DNA of 64,000 nt, from positions 5,428 to 69,427 of the forward strand of contig WAPT01000001.1 of the NCBI GenBank assembly GCA_015520605.1. The letters are read 5' to 3'. A program made the translations under genes and the position numbers. Source of the DNA: Nanobdellati archaeon (GTDB taxonomy: Archaea > EX4484-52 > WAPT01). Shown piece after piece: positions 27,428 through 37,494 of the stretch. Position 1 is the first letter of the stretch. The number at the start of each line of letters is the position of its first letter. The notes below the pieces were generated by a model. The model did not search any database, was not told where the DNA came from, and saw only the letters and a list, made by a program, of their open reading frames with translations.

Positions 27428-30400
27428 ATCGAAAAACATGATGGGTGTCGGAATCATTATTTTGGTAAGCATGTTTTTTGGCATTGCGATTAGCTCGAAA
27501 ATTTCCTTTGGGTGGTGGAATGATGATTGGAAATACAGGATACCGATAAACGTGAGCTATGATGGATCCTCAGAGATCGATAATTATCAGCTCAAATTGG
27601 TGATCAATTATCAGGAGGGCATGCAATGCGATTTTCGAGACATACGGTTCACACAAGTTATTAACGGTGATGAGATCGAGATCCCCTACTTTATTGAGAA
27701 TTATACTGATTGTCAAGAAGCATTTGTTTGGATTAAGATGATAAAATTGACTCCCGGAGAAAATACAGTGTATCTTTATTTTGGAAATCCTAATGTTTCC
27801 TCAAAGAGTTCCAGTAGCGATGTGTTCCTCGGAAAAATAAGCAACGTTGCCGGGTGTTGGTACTTTGATAAAGAGACAAACAACATCGTCATAGATTGTT
27901 CGGGAGTGGGGAACCCGATGACTCTGTACAATGGTGCTACCCTGGGGGATGGAAAATACGGATATGCCCTCGAGCTGGACGGCAATGACGATTATGCAAG
28001 CTCAGACCTTAACGGAATCAACTTCCAAAAAAATGAGATCGCAATCCTCTTCTGGTTGCTTGATGATATGGAAAGCAATGGCAATAGGGAATGGTTTATA
28101 AATAAGCTGACCACTCAACCTTCCACGGGTTTTGGATTTTATACAACAGACACAGACGAGAACAACCTTAGAAGGCTCGTTTTTTCTGTCGGTAGTACTG
28201 CGGCTTCCAAAGAAGTCAGCATCATGATACCGTCTCACACATGGGTGAGTGTTGGGGGAGTTGTAAGACTCTATAACTCCACCCATTATAGGGTTGAGTT
28301 ATGGATAAACGGGAGTATGGTTAATTATACCTACATAGAAGACGCCTCGCTTAAACTGGAGAATACGGAGCCGCTAACGATAGGTATGTTCAACAACAGC
28401 TTCTATGCTTACGGAAGGGTGGACGAGCTCTATATTTTCAACACATCTTTAGACGGAAACACTATAGAACAACTTTCGGTTGCTCGCGGTGTGGTTCTGC
28501 CAGAAGAGCCGCTAACCTTATATCTTACACAATACGCATCCCCGCAGCCAGCATACACCATCGGAGCCATCGAGAAGTATCTCAAAGCTGTTGGTGAGCC
28601 ATGTACAAGTGACGACGAATGTGAAACTGGACACTGCGCTGTCGATTACGATGGGAATGGGGCATGGTGCATGCCCAAAACATCCTGTGCTCATAATGGT
28701 ATAGAGTATAAGGACGGTAGCTATGCACCGGAGTGTTTATCCAAGACATCCACATGGAAATGTTCTGCTGGAACATGGCAGGAATTCAATTGTGGCAGGT
28801 GGAGTGTGTGTAAGAGCGGAAAATGTTTATTGAAGGATAGTGATGGGGATGGTGTTCCGGATAGGGACGATCTGTGTCCCGGAACTCCGGCTGGGTGTAA
28901 AGTGTATGCCAACAATGGATGTCCGAAGGTACCGTTCAAATACCACATAAAAAACAATATATCCTCATCATGTCCCGGATCTTCCATACCCGTAGATCCC
29001 GAGCACTACTGTCTGAGCACATCCCAAGACCCAAAGATCAAATTTTATGTTGGGACCGTGCTTGCAAACTCTGAGCCCTACTGCGATCCTCTGTATGGCA
29101 CTGAGGGATGGCATGATGTAGAAGACGGAAGAAATTATTGCGAATTCCCAATCCCTGTAAGCATAAACCCCGGAAAATACACATTGTATGCCGAGTATGA
29201 GCTTGGGGGGAGAACCTACAAGGATGTCGTAGAGTCCGGGTTCGTGGTGAAAAGTTCGTGTTCCACGAGAACCCGATGTAACCATGGGGGGCACATGGAA
29301 TCCAACCCCACGTACAACATCGCATTCTCTAACGGCCAGTGTGAGGTGTCCGGAGGCATCTATTATTGTAAGAACGGAACCACCGTTTCACTAACCTCAA
29401 TATCCAGAGTTGTCCCGCACTGTAGTGATGGTGCATACGCGTCAGCAAGACCTCCTGGATTGCTCGCATGGGTGTATTCCGGTAACGTATTTTTGGCTGA
29501 AAAAGACAACAAGTACGCTGGATGTTCGCTGTGGAATCCTTCAGTTAACGACAGGAGATATTTATTCAGTCTAAAAGTTGGGTTTAGGTGGGCGTGCAAC
29601 ATTGGATGGGCAAGCGGGGCGAAATACAACCATATAAACAACATATACACATTTAAAAAACCTGGCAAATACATGCTTTACGTTGATTTGATAAACGCTG
29701 TGTGTGATTCTCCAGATTATATCTGTCCGACCAACTGTAGTGGATACAAGTGTTTATGCTACATAGGAACTATGAAAGGTGATCAGTGGGGGTTCCTAAA
29801 CCTCGGAAAATACGAAATTGCGGTAGTTGACCCAGAGCTGAAGTTTATAAGCACTCCCAGTAGCCCCATCAAACTGGATGGGTCTCCATCGATAACCTTG
29901 ACATGGAAAATCAGGAATACCGGCATTGGCGATATCGACGTTAAAGTAGCTCCCGTATGTCCGGCGGGGTGGAAATGCGTGGTTGATCCAACCCGTGTCA
30001 GAAATGTGAAGGAAAACAACAATGTTACAATTACACTCACGGTCTACAACAAAAAGCCACCGGCAATGGTAAATGCCAAGCGGATTCCAGTTGGAATAAA
30101 CATAAGTTATTTTGATTCTTACGGACTCTATCCAGAAAAAAGAACAGGAAATTCCGTAATTCTCATCCTAGATAATCGGCCCCCGGTCGTGGGGTTCAGC
30201 GCACCTTCGGGATATGGCTGGAGCGCTTCGGATCTGCCATTCAAAATAACCTGCGATGACAACCCATACACCAGCTACGGAACTTATGGCGGATGCAATA
30301 AAATATATTATCTGGTCGTGAATTCGTCTCAAAAATGTCCGCAGGATCTGAACAGTTATAAAGTATATTCATCTAACCCTCAGGAGACGCTAACGTTTTT

Positions 30401-31415
30401 GGGCAAAATAACATGCCCTGAAGGAACCGTTTGCAAAAAGAAGGTCTGCTATGCGGCGGAAGACAGATTTGGGTACAGGAGTCCGATAACTGCTAGCGAT
30501 GAGTTCAGGATTGATAAACAGCCACCGGTCATCAACGCCACGGTTCTACCCTCCCCTGTGCTCTCATCGTTCGGCCCAGAGAAAGAAAAGGTCTTCATCA
30601 TTTTAAGATGTGACGATGGTGACGGGAGCGGATGTGCTATAACTAAAATCTCCAGCACAGCACTTTTCTCCTCCAAACCATGTGAGTTGCAAGGAGATGG
30701 CGAGACCATATGCGAATTTATCGCTCCCGACTGTACTGGTTTAATCAGCAGAACACAGCCCTATTCTGTAGAAAGTGAAGACATGGTTCACAATTCAATT
30801 TCACATACTTACGAATATGAAGTCAAATTTAATACAGGATGCAGTTGTTACACAGGCAACGAATGTTATAGCGGTTCTTGTGTTGATGGTAGATGTAAGG
30901 GGGTTATAAATGTAACGCAGGGAGGAAATGTTGTTCAACCACAACGACCTTCATCCAACCCGATCGAAGTAAATATTTCACACACGTCCCTTCGGTTGAT
31001 GGTTGGGGAGGTTTATCGGGGAGTTATAGATGTCAAGAACAACAATAACTTCATGGACACTGTTGTGCTACACATAAACACCAATCCCGAATATCCATGG
31101 AAACACTGGGTGTATTTTGAGGGTGAAAAATTCTCCATGAACGGTGATCAGTTCGTTATCAACCTGAAGGGCGAGGAGGAAAGGAGAGTTGTGTTTATAA
31201 TAGAACCCAACATGGTAACCATTTCGCCGATAACCGTGAATATTACCGCTGAAGGTTTGATCTCTGGAGGAAAGTCAACACAAACCATGAAAGTGGATGT
31301 TGTGGCACATGGAAGCAACGGGGCAAAAAGTTCACTACCTGGAATTGAGTTTTACAATGTATGGGTGATCGCACTGATGGCTGCGTTCCTCTCCTATTTA
31401 AATTTCCGGAAATAA
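27411..31415 (+). CDS. Giant (1334 aa) cell-surface protein with DUF2341-like, LamG/ConA-like, thrombospondin type 3-like and cysteine-rich modules plus a C-terminal TM anchor
   Basis: 'WKYRIPINVS...DFRDIRFT' matches the DUF2341 pattern. 'LELDGNDDYASS' is LamG-like. 'DSDGDGVPDRDDLCPGTPAG' is a TSP3-like Ca-binding repeat. Multiple Cys-rich blocks follow, and the C-terminus is 'LPGIEFYNVWVIALMAAFLSYLNFRK'. Confidence 0.55.
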   Translation: MVKMHESKNMMGVGIIILVSMFFGIAISSKISFGWWNDDWKYRIPINVSYDGSSEIDNYQLKLVINYQEGMQCDFRDIRFTQVINGDEIEIPYFIENYTDCQEAFVWIKMIKLTPGENTVYLYFGNPNVSSKSSSSDVFLGKISNVAGCWYFDKETNNIVIDCSGVGNPMTLYNGATLGDGKYGYALELDGNDDYASSDLNGINFQKNEIAILFWLLDDMESNGNREWFINKLTTQPSTGFGFYTTDTDENNLRRLVFSVGSTAASKEVSIMIPSHTWVSVGGVVRLYNSTHYRVELWINGSMVNYTYIEDASLKLENTEPLTIGMFNNSFYAYGRVDELYIFNTSLDGNTIEQLSVARGVVLPEEPLTLYLTQYASPQPAYTIGAIEKYLKAVGEPCTSDDECETGHCAVDYDGNGAWCMPKTSCAHNGIEYKDGSYAPECLSKTSTWKCSAGTWQEFNCGRWSVCKSGKCLLKDSDGDGVPDRDDLCPGTPAGCKVYANNGCPKVPFKYHIKNNISSSCPGSSIPVDPEHYCLSTSQDPKIKFYVGTVLANSEPYCDPLYGTEGWHDVEDGRNYCEFPIPVSINPGKYTLYAEYELGGRTYKDVVESGFVVKSSCSTRTRCNHGGHMESNPTYNIAFSNGQCEVSGGIYYCKNGTTVSLTSISRVVPHCSDGAYASARPPGLLAWVYSGNVFLAEKDNKYAGCSLWNPSVNDRRYLFSLKVGFRWACNIGWASGAKYNHINNIYTFKKPGKYMLYVDLINAVCDSPDYICPTNCSGYKCLCYIGTMKGDQWGFLNLGKYEIAVVDPELKFISTPSSPIKLDGSPSITLTWKIRNTGIGDIDVKVAPVCPAGWKCVVDPTRVRNVKENNNVTITLTVYNKKPPAMVNAKRIPVGINISYFDSYGLYPEKRTGNSVILILDNRPPVVGFSAPSGYGWSASDLPFKITCDDNPYTSYGTYGGCNKIYYLVVNSSQKCPQDLNSYKVYSSNPQETLTFLGKITCPEGTVCKKKVCYAAEDRFGYRSPITASDEFRIDKQPPVINATVLPSPVLSSFGPEKEKVFIILRCDDGDGSGCAITKISSTALFSSKPCELQGDGETICEFIAPDCTGLISRTQPYSVESEDMVHNSISHTYEYEVKFNTGCSCYTGNECYSGSCVDGRCKGVINVTQGGNVVQPQRPSSNPIEVNISHTSLRLMVGEVYRGVIDVKNNNNFMDTVVLHINTNPEYPWKHWVYFEGEKFSMNGDQFVINLKGEEERRVVFIIEPNMVTISPITVNITAEGLISGGKSTQTMKVDVVAHGSNGAKSSLPGIEFYNVWVIALMAAFLSYLNFRK

Positions 31416-31425
31416 AAGGAATTTT

Positions 31426-32166
31426 ATGCCGGAGTTCAGGGAGGAGAGGGTATTTGATGAGAACGATTACAAGTACTTCTCAAAGGTCTTTGATTTCTTC
31501 ACGTTTGATGCGATAAGAACGTTTGAAATAAGACGGGTCATAAAAAGGGCTTCGGGTGTTATAAAGGAGGGTAAAGAGTCCATCATCGTCCTGTGCGAGG
31601 GCCCTGAAAATGATTACCGCATCCTCAAAATTTACAAGATAGAAACTTCCGACTTTAAGAGAATGGAAGAATACATAGTTGGGGATCCCCGCTTTAAATC
31701 TGTGAGAAAGAAGAAGAGGGATCTCATTTACCAGTGGTGCAGAAAGGAATTCTCCAACCTGAAAAAAGCTCAAAAAGCAGGAGTTTCGGCTCCAAAACCG
31801 TATGCCTTCATGAGAAACATGCTTATCATGGAATGCGTGATGGACGGAGATAACATAGCGAGATCCTTAGACGATATGAATGAGGGTGAGCTTGATGATC
31901 CAGAGGAATTTTTCTGGAAAATTGTTGAAGAGCTGAGAAAGCTTTACAAGAATGCAAAGCTTATCCATGCCGATATAAGCGAGTTCAACATATTGAAGAG
32001 TAACAACAAACCTGTGCTCATAGATTTCGCGCAGGCTGTTCTCCAAACGCACCCAATGGCCGATAGGTTTCTGGAGAGAGATGTGAGTAACCTCACTAAA
32101 TTCTTCAGGAGAGCTTATCGGCTCAATTTTTCTTGCAATGACGTGCTTCAATACATAAAAAACTGA
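31426..32166 (+). CDS. RIO-type serine/threonine protein kinase (Rio1-like)
   Basis: The catalytic loop 'LIHADISEFNIL' and metal-binding 'LIDFAQAV' are present. The 246-aa size fits, and the gene is adjacent to the KH gene as in the conserved Rio1-Dim2 arrangement. Confidence 0.8.
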   Translation: MPEFREERVFDENDYKYFSKVFDFFTFDAIRTFEIRRVIKRASGVIKEGKESIIVLCEGPENDYRILKIYKIETSDFKRMEEYIVGDPRFKSVRKKKRDLIYQWCRKEFSNLKKAQKAGVSAPKPYAFMRNMLIMECVMDGDNIARSLDDMNEGELDDPEEFFWKIVEELRKLYKNAKLIHADISEFNILKSNNKPVLIDFAQAVLQTHPMADRFLERDVSNLTKFFRRAYRLNFSCNDVLQYIKN

Positions 32167-32186
32167 TACAAAAGAAATTAACAATC

Positions 32187-32750
32187 ATGAAAGGTGAAGA
32201 TGACGTGCATGACGACTTTCAGATATTCGAGGAAAGTTTAAGAATTCCGGAAGAAAGGGTGCCTGTGCTCATCGGCAGGAGGGGCCAAACCAAAAGAGAA
32301 ATTGAAAAAAAGCTTGAGTGCGAGATAAAGGTTTCATCTGATGGAGAAATCGTGATAAGAGGCACACCAATCAACCTCATGAAAGCACGGGAAATCGTTC
32401 TCGCGATAGGCAGGGGTTTCTCTCCCGAAAATGCGATGAAACTCTTTGACATCAAAGTAATGCTGGATATTATTGACCTCAACGAGCTGCTTGGCAGAAA
32501 TCAAAACAGGCTGATACGTCAGAGAGCAAGGATAATCGGCACGAAAGGCAGCGCAAAGAAACAGATAGAAAACATGACAAACACCATCATCTCCGTTTAT
32601 GGAAAGACCGTAGCCATAATCGGTCCGCCATCGAACGTGAGAGTTGCGAGAGAAGCCATAGTGATGCTTGCCGAAGGTGCTAAGCACACCACCGTTTATA
32701 ATTACATAAAGAGGAACACCCATGCCATAGATGACTATCCATTCAAGTAG
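32187..32750 (+). CDS. KH-domain RNA-binding protein (Dim2/Pno1-like)
   Basis: Two KH motifs are present: 'VLIGRRGQTKREIE' and 'IIGTKGSAKKQIE'. Confidence 0.75.
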   Translation: MKGEDDVHDDFQIFEESLRIPEERVPVLIGRRGQTKREIEKKLECEIKVSSDGEIVIRGTPINLMKAREIVLAIGRGFSPENAMKLFDIKVMLDIIDLNELLGRNQNRLIRQRARIIGTKGSAKKQIENMTNTIISVYGKTVAIIGPPSNVRVAREAIVMLAEGAKHTTVYNYIKRNTHAIDDYPFK

Positions 32751-32843
32751 CGAATTTTTTATTAATGGGGAATTTCCCAACAGGAAGTATGGAGTATACC
32801 GAATGATGGCTGAGGAGGTAGGCTGTGTGTTAAGGTGTGAGAG

Positions 32844-34691
32844 ATGAGTGCCGACCCAAACAATTATGCAAGTGATATGTCGAGGCTTCAGATGGAGATC
32901 AGCGTCGCGGAGTTTTTTGAGAAAAACCGCCACCTCTTGGGTTTTGAGAACCCCACAAAGGCGATGCTTACTTGTGTGAGAGAAGCTGTTGATAACTCTC
33001 TCGATGCGTGTGAGGAAGCGAAGATTCTGCCGGAAGTCTATGTGGAGATAAAAGGTGTTAACGGTTCCGAGGATCATTATCTGATCGTTGTTGAAGACAA
33101 CGGCCCGGGAATAGTCAAGAGCGAGGTTCCTTACGTATTCGGGAAGCTTCTTTTTGGCTCGAAATTTCACAGGCTGAAACAGAGCAGAGGTCAGCAGGGC
33201 ATAGGAATAAGCGGAGCTGTGCTTTACGCGCAGCTCACAACCGGAAAGCCCACGAGAGTATATTCACGGGTAGGAGATGGCAAGGTGTATGTGTTTGATG
33301 TCATGATAGACACCCAGAAAAACGAACCAAGAATTCTGAATTATATGGAGCTTGATAGCGAAGGACACGGCGTTAGGATAGAGATGGAAATAAAGGGTAG
33401 GTATGTAAGGGGAAGGCAGTCCGTACTTGAGTACCTGAGGGCTGTTTCCTTAATGAATCCGTTTGCCCAGATCGTATTTGTTGAACCGAACGGAAATGAG
33501 TTGGTTTTTGAGAGAAAAATCGAAGAACTTCCTCCTGAAGCCAAGGAAATAAAGCCACATCCGCACGGCATAGAGTTCGGGATGTTTCTTAGGATGTTAA
33601 AGGATACAAAGGCAAAAACCCTCGTGAACTTCTTTGTCAATGAGTTCTCGAGGGTGGGGAAAGATACCGCCATGGAGATATGCGCGCTAGCGGAAATAAG
33701 CCCGGACAGGACACCGCAGAGGATAACGAGGGAGGAAGCTGAAAGGATATGGGATGTTGTGCAGAAGATGAAGTTTTATGCTCCCCCAACAAATTGTCTC
33801 TCTCCGGTGGGAAGCGAAGCAATAGAAAAGAGTTTAAAGGCGGAGTTTAACCCGGAGTTCGTGGCTGCGGTCAGCAGAAAACCCTCTGTTTATAGAGGAA
33901 ATCCGTTTCTGGTGGAGGTCGGTATAGCCTACGGTGGGGATCTTGACCCTGAGGGCCCGGTCACCATTTACCGTTTTGCGAACAAGATGCCTCTGCTTTA
34001 CCAACAGCCCGCATGTGTTATAACAAGGGCGATAGCGGATGTGGACTGGAAAAGGTATGGGTTAAGTCAACCATCCGGATCCCTTCCTTACGGGCCTCTT
34101 GCCATAGCTGTGCACTTCGCTTCCGTCTGGGTTCCGTACACTTCTGAGGGGAAAGAAGCAATAGCAGCATATCCGGAGATCATGAAAGAGATAAAGCTCA
34201 CATTGCAGGAGGTCGGGAGGAAACTCAGCACATATCTCTCTGCAAAGAAAAGGGAAAAGATGAGGCAGAGAAGGATAAGCATATTTATGAGGTATTCTCC
34301 TGAGGTTGTGGCTGCCATCCACAAGCTTACCTGTGTTGATGAAAAAACCGTAGAGGAAGCCATCACTAATCTTCTCAGGACAAAAGGTCTTCACAACAAG
34401 GAAGAAACGGAAGCTGTGGTTGAAGATGTTGTACAGGAAGCTGAAGAGGTGGAAGACATCATTGAAGGTGTAGAGGATAAGGATGTTGACTCGGGGCAGG
34501 AGAGCAAGGGTCTAAAGGAGAAAAGAATCGAAGATATTAACGAAGGTGTTAAGTTCCAGTCAAATCCACCTGCTGATGTTACTGAAAATGACTCGACTAT
34601 AGAATCTCGGGAGGGTAAAAACGAAAACAAAGGTAATGATGAAGACGCATCCACACCATCAACCCTCAAGAAGTGGATGGTGATAGAATGA
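32844..34691 (+). CDS. top6B: DNA topoisomerase VI subunit B, with an acidic low-complexity C-terminal tail of about 90 aa
   Basis: The Bergerat ATP-binding fold has 'REAVDNSLDA', 'VVEDNGPGI' and 'SRGQQGIGISGAVLY'. The tail is rich in E, D and K. Confidence 0.9.
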   Translation: MSADPNNYASDMSRLQMEISVAEFFEKNRHLLGFENPTKAMLTCVREAVDNSLDACEEAKILPEVYVEIKGVNGSEDHYLIVVEDNGPGIVKSEVPYVFGKLLFGSKFHRLKQSRGQQGIGISGAVLYAQLTTGKPTRVYSRVGDGKVYVFDVMIDTQKNEPRILNYMELDSEGHGVRIEMEIKGRYVRGRQSVLEYLRAVSLMNPFAQIVFVEPNGNELVFERKIEELPPEAKEIKPHPHGIEFGMFLRMLKDTKAKTLVNFFVNEFSRVGKDTAMEICALAEISPDRTPQRITREEAERIWDVVQKMKFYAPPTNCLSPVGSEAIEKSLKAEFNPEFVAAVSRKPSVYRGNPFLVEVGIAYGGDLDPEGPVTIYRFANKMPLLYQQPACVITRAIADVDWKRYGLSQPSGSLPYGPLAIAVHFASVWVPYTSEGKEAIAAYPEIMKEIKLTLQEVGRKLSTYLSAKKREKMRQRRISIFMRYSPEVVAAIHKLTCVDEKTVEEAITNLLRTKGLHNKEETEAVVEDVVQEAEEVEDIIEGVEDKDVDSGQESKGLKEKRIEDINEGVKFQSNPPADVTENDSTIESREGKNENKGNDEDASTPSTLKKWMVIE

Positions 34692-35788
34692 GAGACGACG
34701 TTCCCGATGAGGAGATAATAGAGGCGCTTAGCGAAATTGGGAGGAAAGTGCTCATGCAGATGATGGAAGGCGAGAACCCTTACATCGAGATGAAGGTCAG
34801 AACCCTTTCCAATGTTTATTTTGACGAAAAAGAGAGGATAATAAAACTCGGTGACATGAAGCAGAGGAGATATTTCCTGAATGCGGGGCAGGCCAAAAAG
34901 TTCATGCAAACTCTGCTCGTTGCTGAACGCATAAAGTGGCTACTGGAGCGGAACAGGAGCCTGAGCAAGAGGCAGCTGTTCTACACGCTGAAGCACACCA
35001 TCCCGGGCACGAAGGAGAACACGTTTGACGAGCAGAATGAGAGCGACGAAATCCTGGAGGATCTCGAGGTAACCATAGATGTGCTTGTGGAGAGGTTTAA
35101 CATAATAGCCGATTCGAAAGGTGTTATGGCTGGACCGCTTGTGGTGGAGGACAAGGGCGACACGATAGATCTCACCAAAATGGGTAGTGCCGGCTACGCT
35201 GTTCCCGGGATAGTTGAACCGGACGTCGTTAAATTTAAAGAGTGCTCAGCAGATTATGTTCTGGTTGTGGAGAAAGCCGCTGTGTGGAACCTGCTTAATG
35301 AGGACAGGTACTGGCAGAAGGAGAACTGCATACTGATAACGGGCAAGGGTCAGCCGTCAAGGGCTGAAAGGAGGATGGTTCACCGCCTCCATAAGGAGCT
35401 CGGCCTGCCCGTTTATGTTTTCACGGACATGGATCCGTGGGGGTATTACATTTATTCGGTTTACAAGCAGGGCTCCATAAACCTCGCGCATTTTTCCATG
35501 AAGTGCGGTGTTCCTGAAGCAAAGTTCATAGGGTTCTGCACCTCCGACGTTAATGAATTCAACATGCCGAGTGACGCGTTCATAAAAATGAAGGACATAG
35601 ATTTCAAGAGGATTAAGGAGCTCAAGAACTACGAATGGTTCAAAAACAGAGAATGGCAGAAAGAGCTGGACAGCCTGCGCAAGTTCGGTTACAAGATAGA
35701 GCAGGATGCACTGGTCATGAAGGGCCTTGAGTTCACCGCCAAGGAATACCTGCCAACTAAGATAGAAAACAACATGTTCCTGCCGTGA
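34673..35788 (+). CDS. top6A: DNA topoisomerase VI subunit A (Spo11 homologue)
   Basis: The 5Y-CAP region around 'RQLFYTLKH' carries the Tyr. The Toprim domain has 'LVVEKAAV' and 'VFTDMDPWG'. It overlaps top6B by 19 nt. Confidence 0.9.
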   Translation: MDGDRMRDDVPDEEIIEALSEIGRKVLMQMMEGENPYIEMKVRTLSNVYFDEKERIIKLGDMKQRRYFLNAGQAKKFMQTLLVAERIKWLLERNRSLSKRQLFYTLKHTIPGTKENTFDEQNESDEILEDLEVTIDVLVERFNIIADSKGVMAGPLVVEDKGDTIDLTKMGSAGYAVPGIVEPDVVKFKECSADYVLVVEKAAVWNLLNEDRYWQKENCILITGKGQPSRAERRMVHRLHKELGLPVYVFTDMDPWGYYIYSVYKQGSINLAHFSMKCGVPEAKFIGFCTSDVNEFNMPSDAFIKMKDIDFKRIKELKNYEWFKNREWQKELDSLRKFGYKIEQDALVMKGLEFTAKEYLPTKIENNMFLP

Positions 35789-35803
35789 GACGGTGAATGA
35801 TTT

Positions 35804-36631
35804 ATGAAGAGTGCACGCCATCTCCCGAAAAACATGCGTCTCTGGGATGGAAAGGGCTACATAGCCATAATGCTCTTTGGGCTTTTGCTGAACGGAAACC
35901 TAAGCACAATACACCCGAAACAACTTGTGGCTTTCACGCTTGCGTCCGTACTTTACGTTGGTTACGCGTTCAGCATAAACAACTGCTTCGACACGGACAC
36001 AGATTCTTTAAATGCGCGCAAGAAATCTAAGAACCCTGTCGTGAGCGGAAAGATATCCAGAAAACTTGCGTTGATCTTTTCCGCGTGCCTCATCACTGCA
36101 GGTATTCTGATCGTTGCTCTTGCATTCAACACGGATATGTTCATCACTTACGTCACGATGTGTGTGCTTGCAACCCTCTATTCTGCACCGCCGAGACTTA
36201 AGGCAACGCCATTTTTGGATGTACTCTCACACGGTCTGTTTTTCGGAACGCTTCCTGTTTATTTTGGAGCGTTTTTTGACGGCACACTCACCCACACTGA
36301 GATAATGTCAGGAGTTGCGTTTTTCGTCTATTCCTGCTTCCTCCAGCTGAGAAACCTGTTGGAAGATTATGAGAGTGATTTGAAAGCCGGGTTACGCACA
36401 ACACCCAGCATAATAGGAGTAAGGAACACTACGATCCTTACATTAACAAGTGGTACCTTAAGCAGTATGCTTCTTGCCCGGACACTCCTAAAATTTTGTC
36501 CATTGCTTCTGATTTTTCCAATCGTAACCACACTATTGTTTCTGTTCTTTGAGAAGGAAAAGATTAATAAAATCTTGGACTTCATCATGACACTGTTATG
36601 TTTGCTTATAATTCTGAGCGTAAACCTCTAA
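35804..36631 (+). CDS. UbiA-family prenyltransferase (DGGGP-synthase-like)
   Basis: 'NNCFDTDTDSLN' matches N-x-x-D-x-x-x-D. The product is a polytopic membrane protein of 275 aa. Confidence 0.65.
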   Translation: MKSARHLPKNMRLWDGKGYIAIMLFGLLLNGNLSTIHPKQLVAFTLASVLYVGYAFSINNCFDTDTDSLNARKKSKNPVVSGKISRKLALIFSACLITAGILIVALAFNTDMFITYVTMCVLATLYSAPPRLKATPFLDVLSHGLFFGTLPVYFGAFFDGTLTHTEIMSGVAFFVYSCFLQLRNLLEDYESDLKAGLRTTPSIIGVRNTTILTLTSGTLSSMLLARTLLKFCPLLLIFPIVTTLLFLFFEKEKINKILDFIMTLLCLLIILSVNL

Positions 36632-37494
36632 GCGAGCTTAAGCCACTTAAATTTCTTCAGATGATGTTCGGGGTTTTTGCGGTGTTTTATCTCCTGAAAC
36701 TGATGGAATATAATGAGGTTGTGGTGGCGATCAGAAATATGGAGCTGAGGTATCTGTTTCTGTGCGGCATGCTCTCGATGTCCCATCTTCTCCTTTCCTC
36801 CCTGAGGTGGTACATTTTTTTGCTCCCCAACCAACAGAGGAGACTGCGCTATCTTCAGATTATCAAGGCCAACCTTAAGGGATATTCCATAATGTTCTCC
36901 ATGCCGTTTGGCGCCACAGGACACCTTATAAAGCCTAAGCTTATACCGGGTGATTACAAAGACAACCTTTTTTCTCTGATCTTGAGCCAGACCATGGAGA
37001 TAAACGCCCTGCTTGCTGTATTTCTCTTCTGGAAGTTCGGAATGAAGGGTCTGATTTTGCCCGTTGCGGCGTGTGTTGCCATACTACTCTTGAGAAAAAT
37101 GAGAGAGACCACATTTTTAGTGAAGCTGTTTAACGGGTTCATTGAGAGGGTGCGGATCCCACACGATAAGGTTTTGGTGAGCGGGTTCATCCTTGGGGTT
37201 ATGACCCTTCTTGTGCAGGCAGCGGGAATCATCTTCGCTTTTAGAGCAACGGGCTTGGATGTGGGAATGAGTAATGCAATCCTCGCGGTTGTGCTCTGCC
37301 ATGTATTCGGAGCTCTCTCTCCGTTTCCCGCCGGAATTGCTGTGGGTGAGATGGGGATAGTACTCGCCACGGGTCAAGAGACCCACGCGGTTATTGCTGC
37401 GTTCATTTACCGGTTCATTTTTCAGTATGTTTATTCCGCACTAGGATCCCTGCTGTTCATTAGGGAAGGGGTCAAGAAGGGTGTGCGCACATGA
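36598..37494 (+). CDS. Polytopic membrane protein resembling the lysylphosphatidylglycerol-synthase TM region / flippase-like family (UPF0104)
   Basis: The hydrophobic profile has a 'LSSLRWYIFL' motif. It overlaps both the UbiA and GT4 genes, giving a three-gene operon. Confidence 0.45.
   Translation: MFAYNSERKPLSELKPLKFLQMMFGVFAVFYLLKLMEYNEVVVAIRNMELRYLFLCGMLSMSHLLLSSLRWYIFLLPNQQRRLRYLQIIKANLKGYSIMFSMPFGATGHLIKPKLIPGDYKDNLFSLILSQTMEINALLAVFLFWKFGMKGLILPVAACVAILLLRKMRETTFLVKLFNGFIERVRIPHDKVLVSGFILGVMTLLVQAAGIIFAFRATGLDVGMSNAILAVVLCHVFGALSPFPAGIAVGEMGIVLATGQETHAVIAAFIYRFIFQYVYSALGSLLFIREGVKKGVRT

Noticed and set aside
28002-29325. Series of 64-108 aa minus-strand ORFs inside the 1334-aa surface protein gene
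   Set aside because: They are short antisense frames within a single long sense ORF that has coherent domain content.
32334-33170. 278-aa minus-strand ORF overlapping the KH-domain gene and the start of top6B
   Set aside because: It lies entirely antisense to two strongly supported genes whose motifs (KH GXXG loops, Bergerat fold) are intact, and it has no recognisable motifs of its own. It is most likely a spurious antisense frame.
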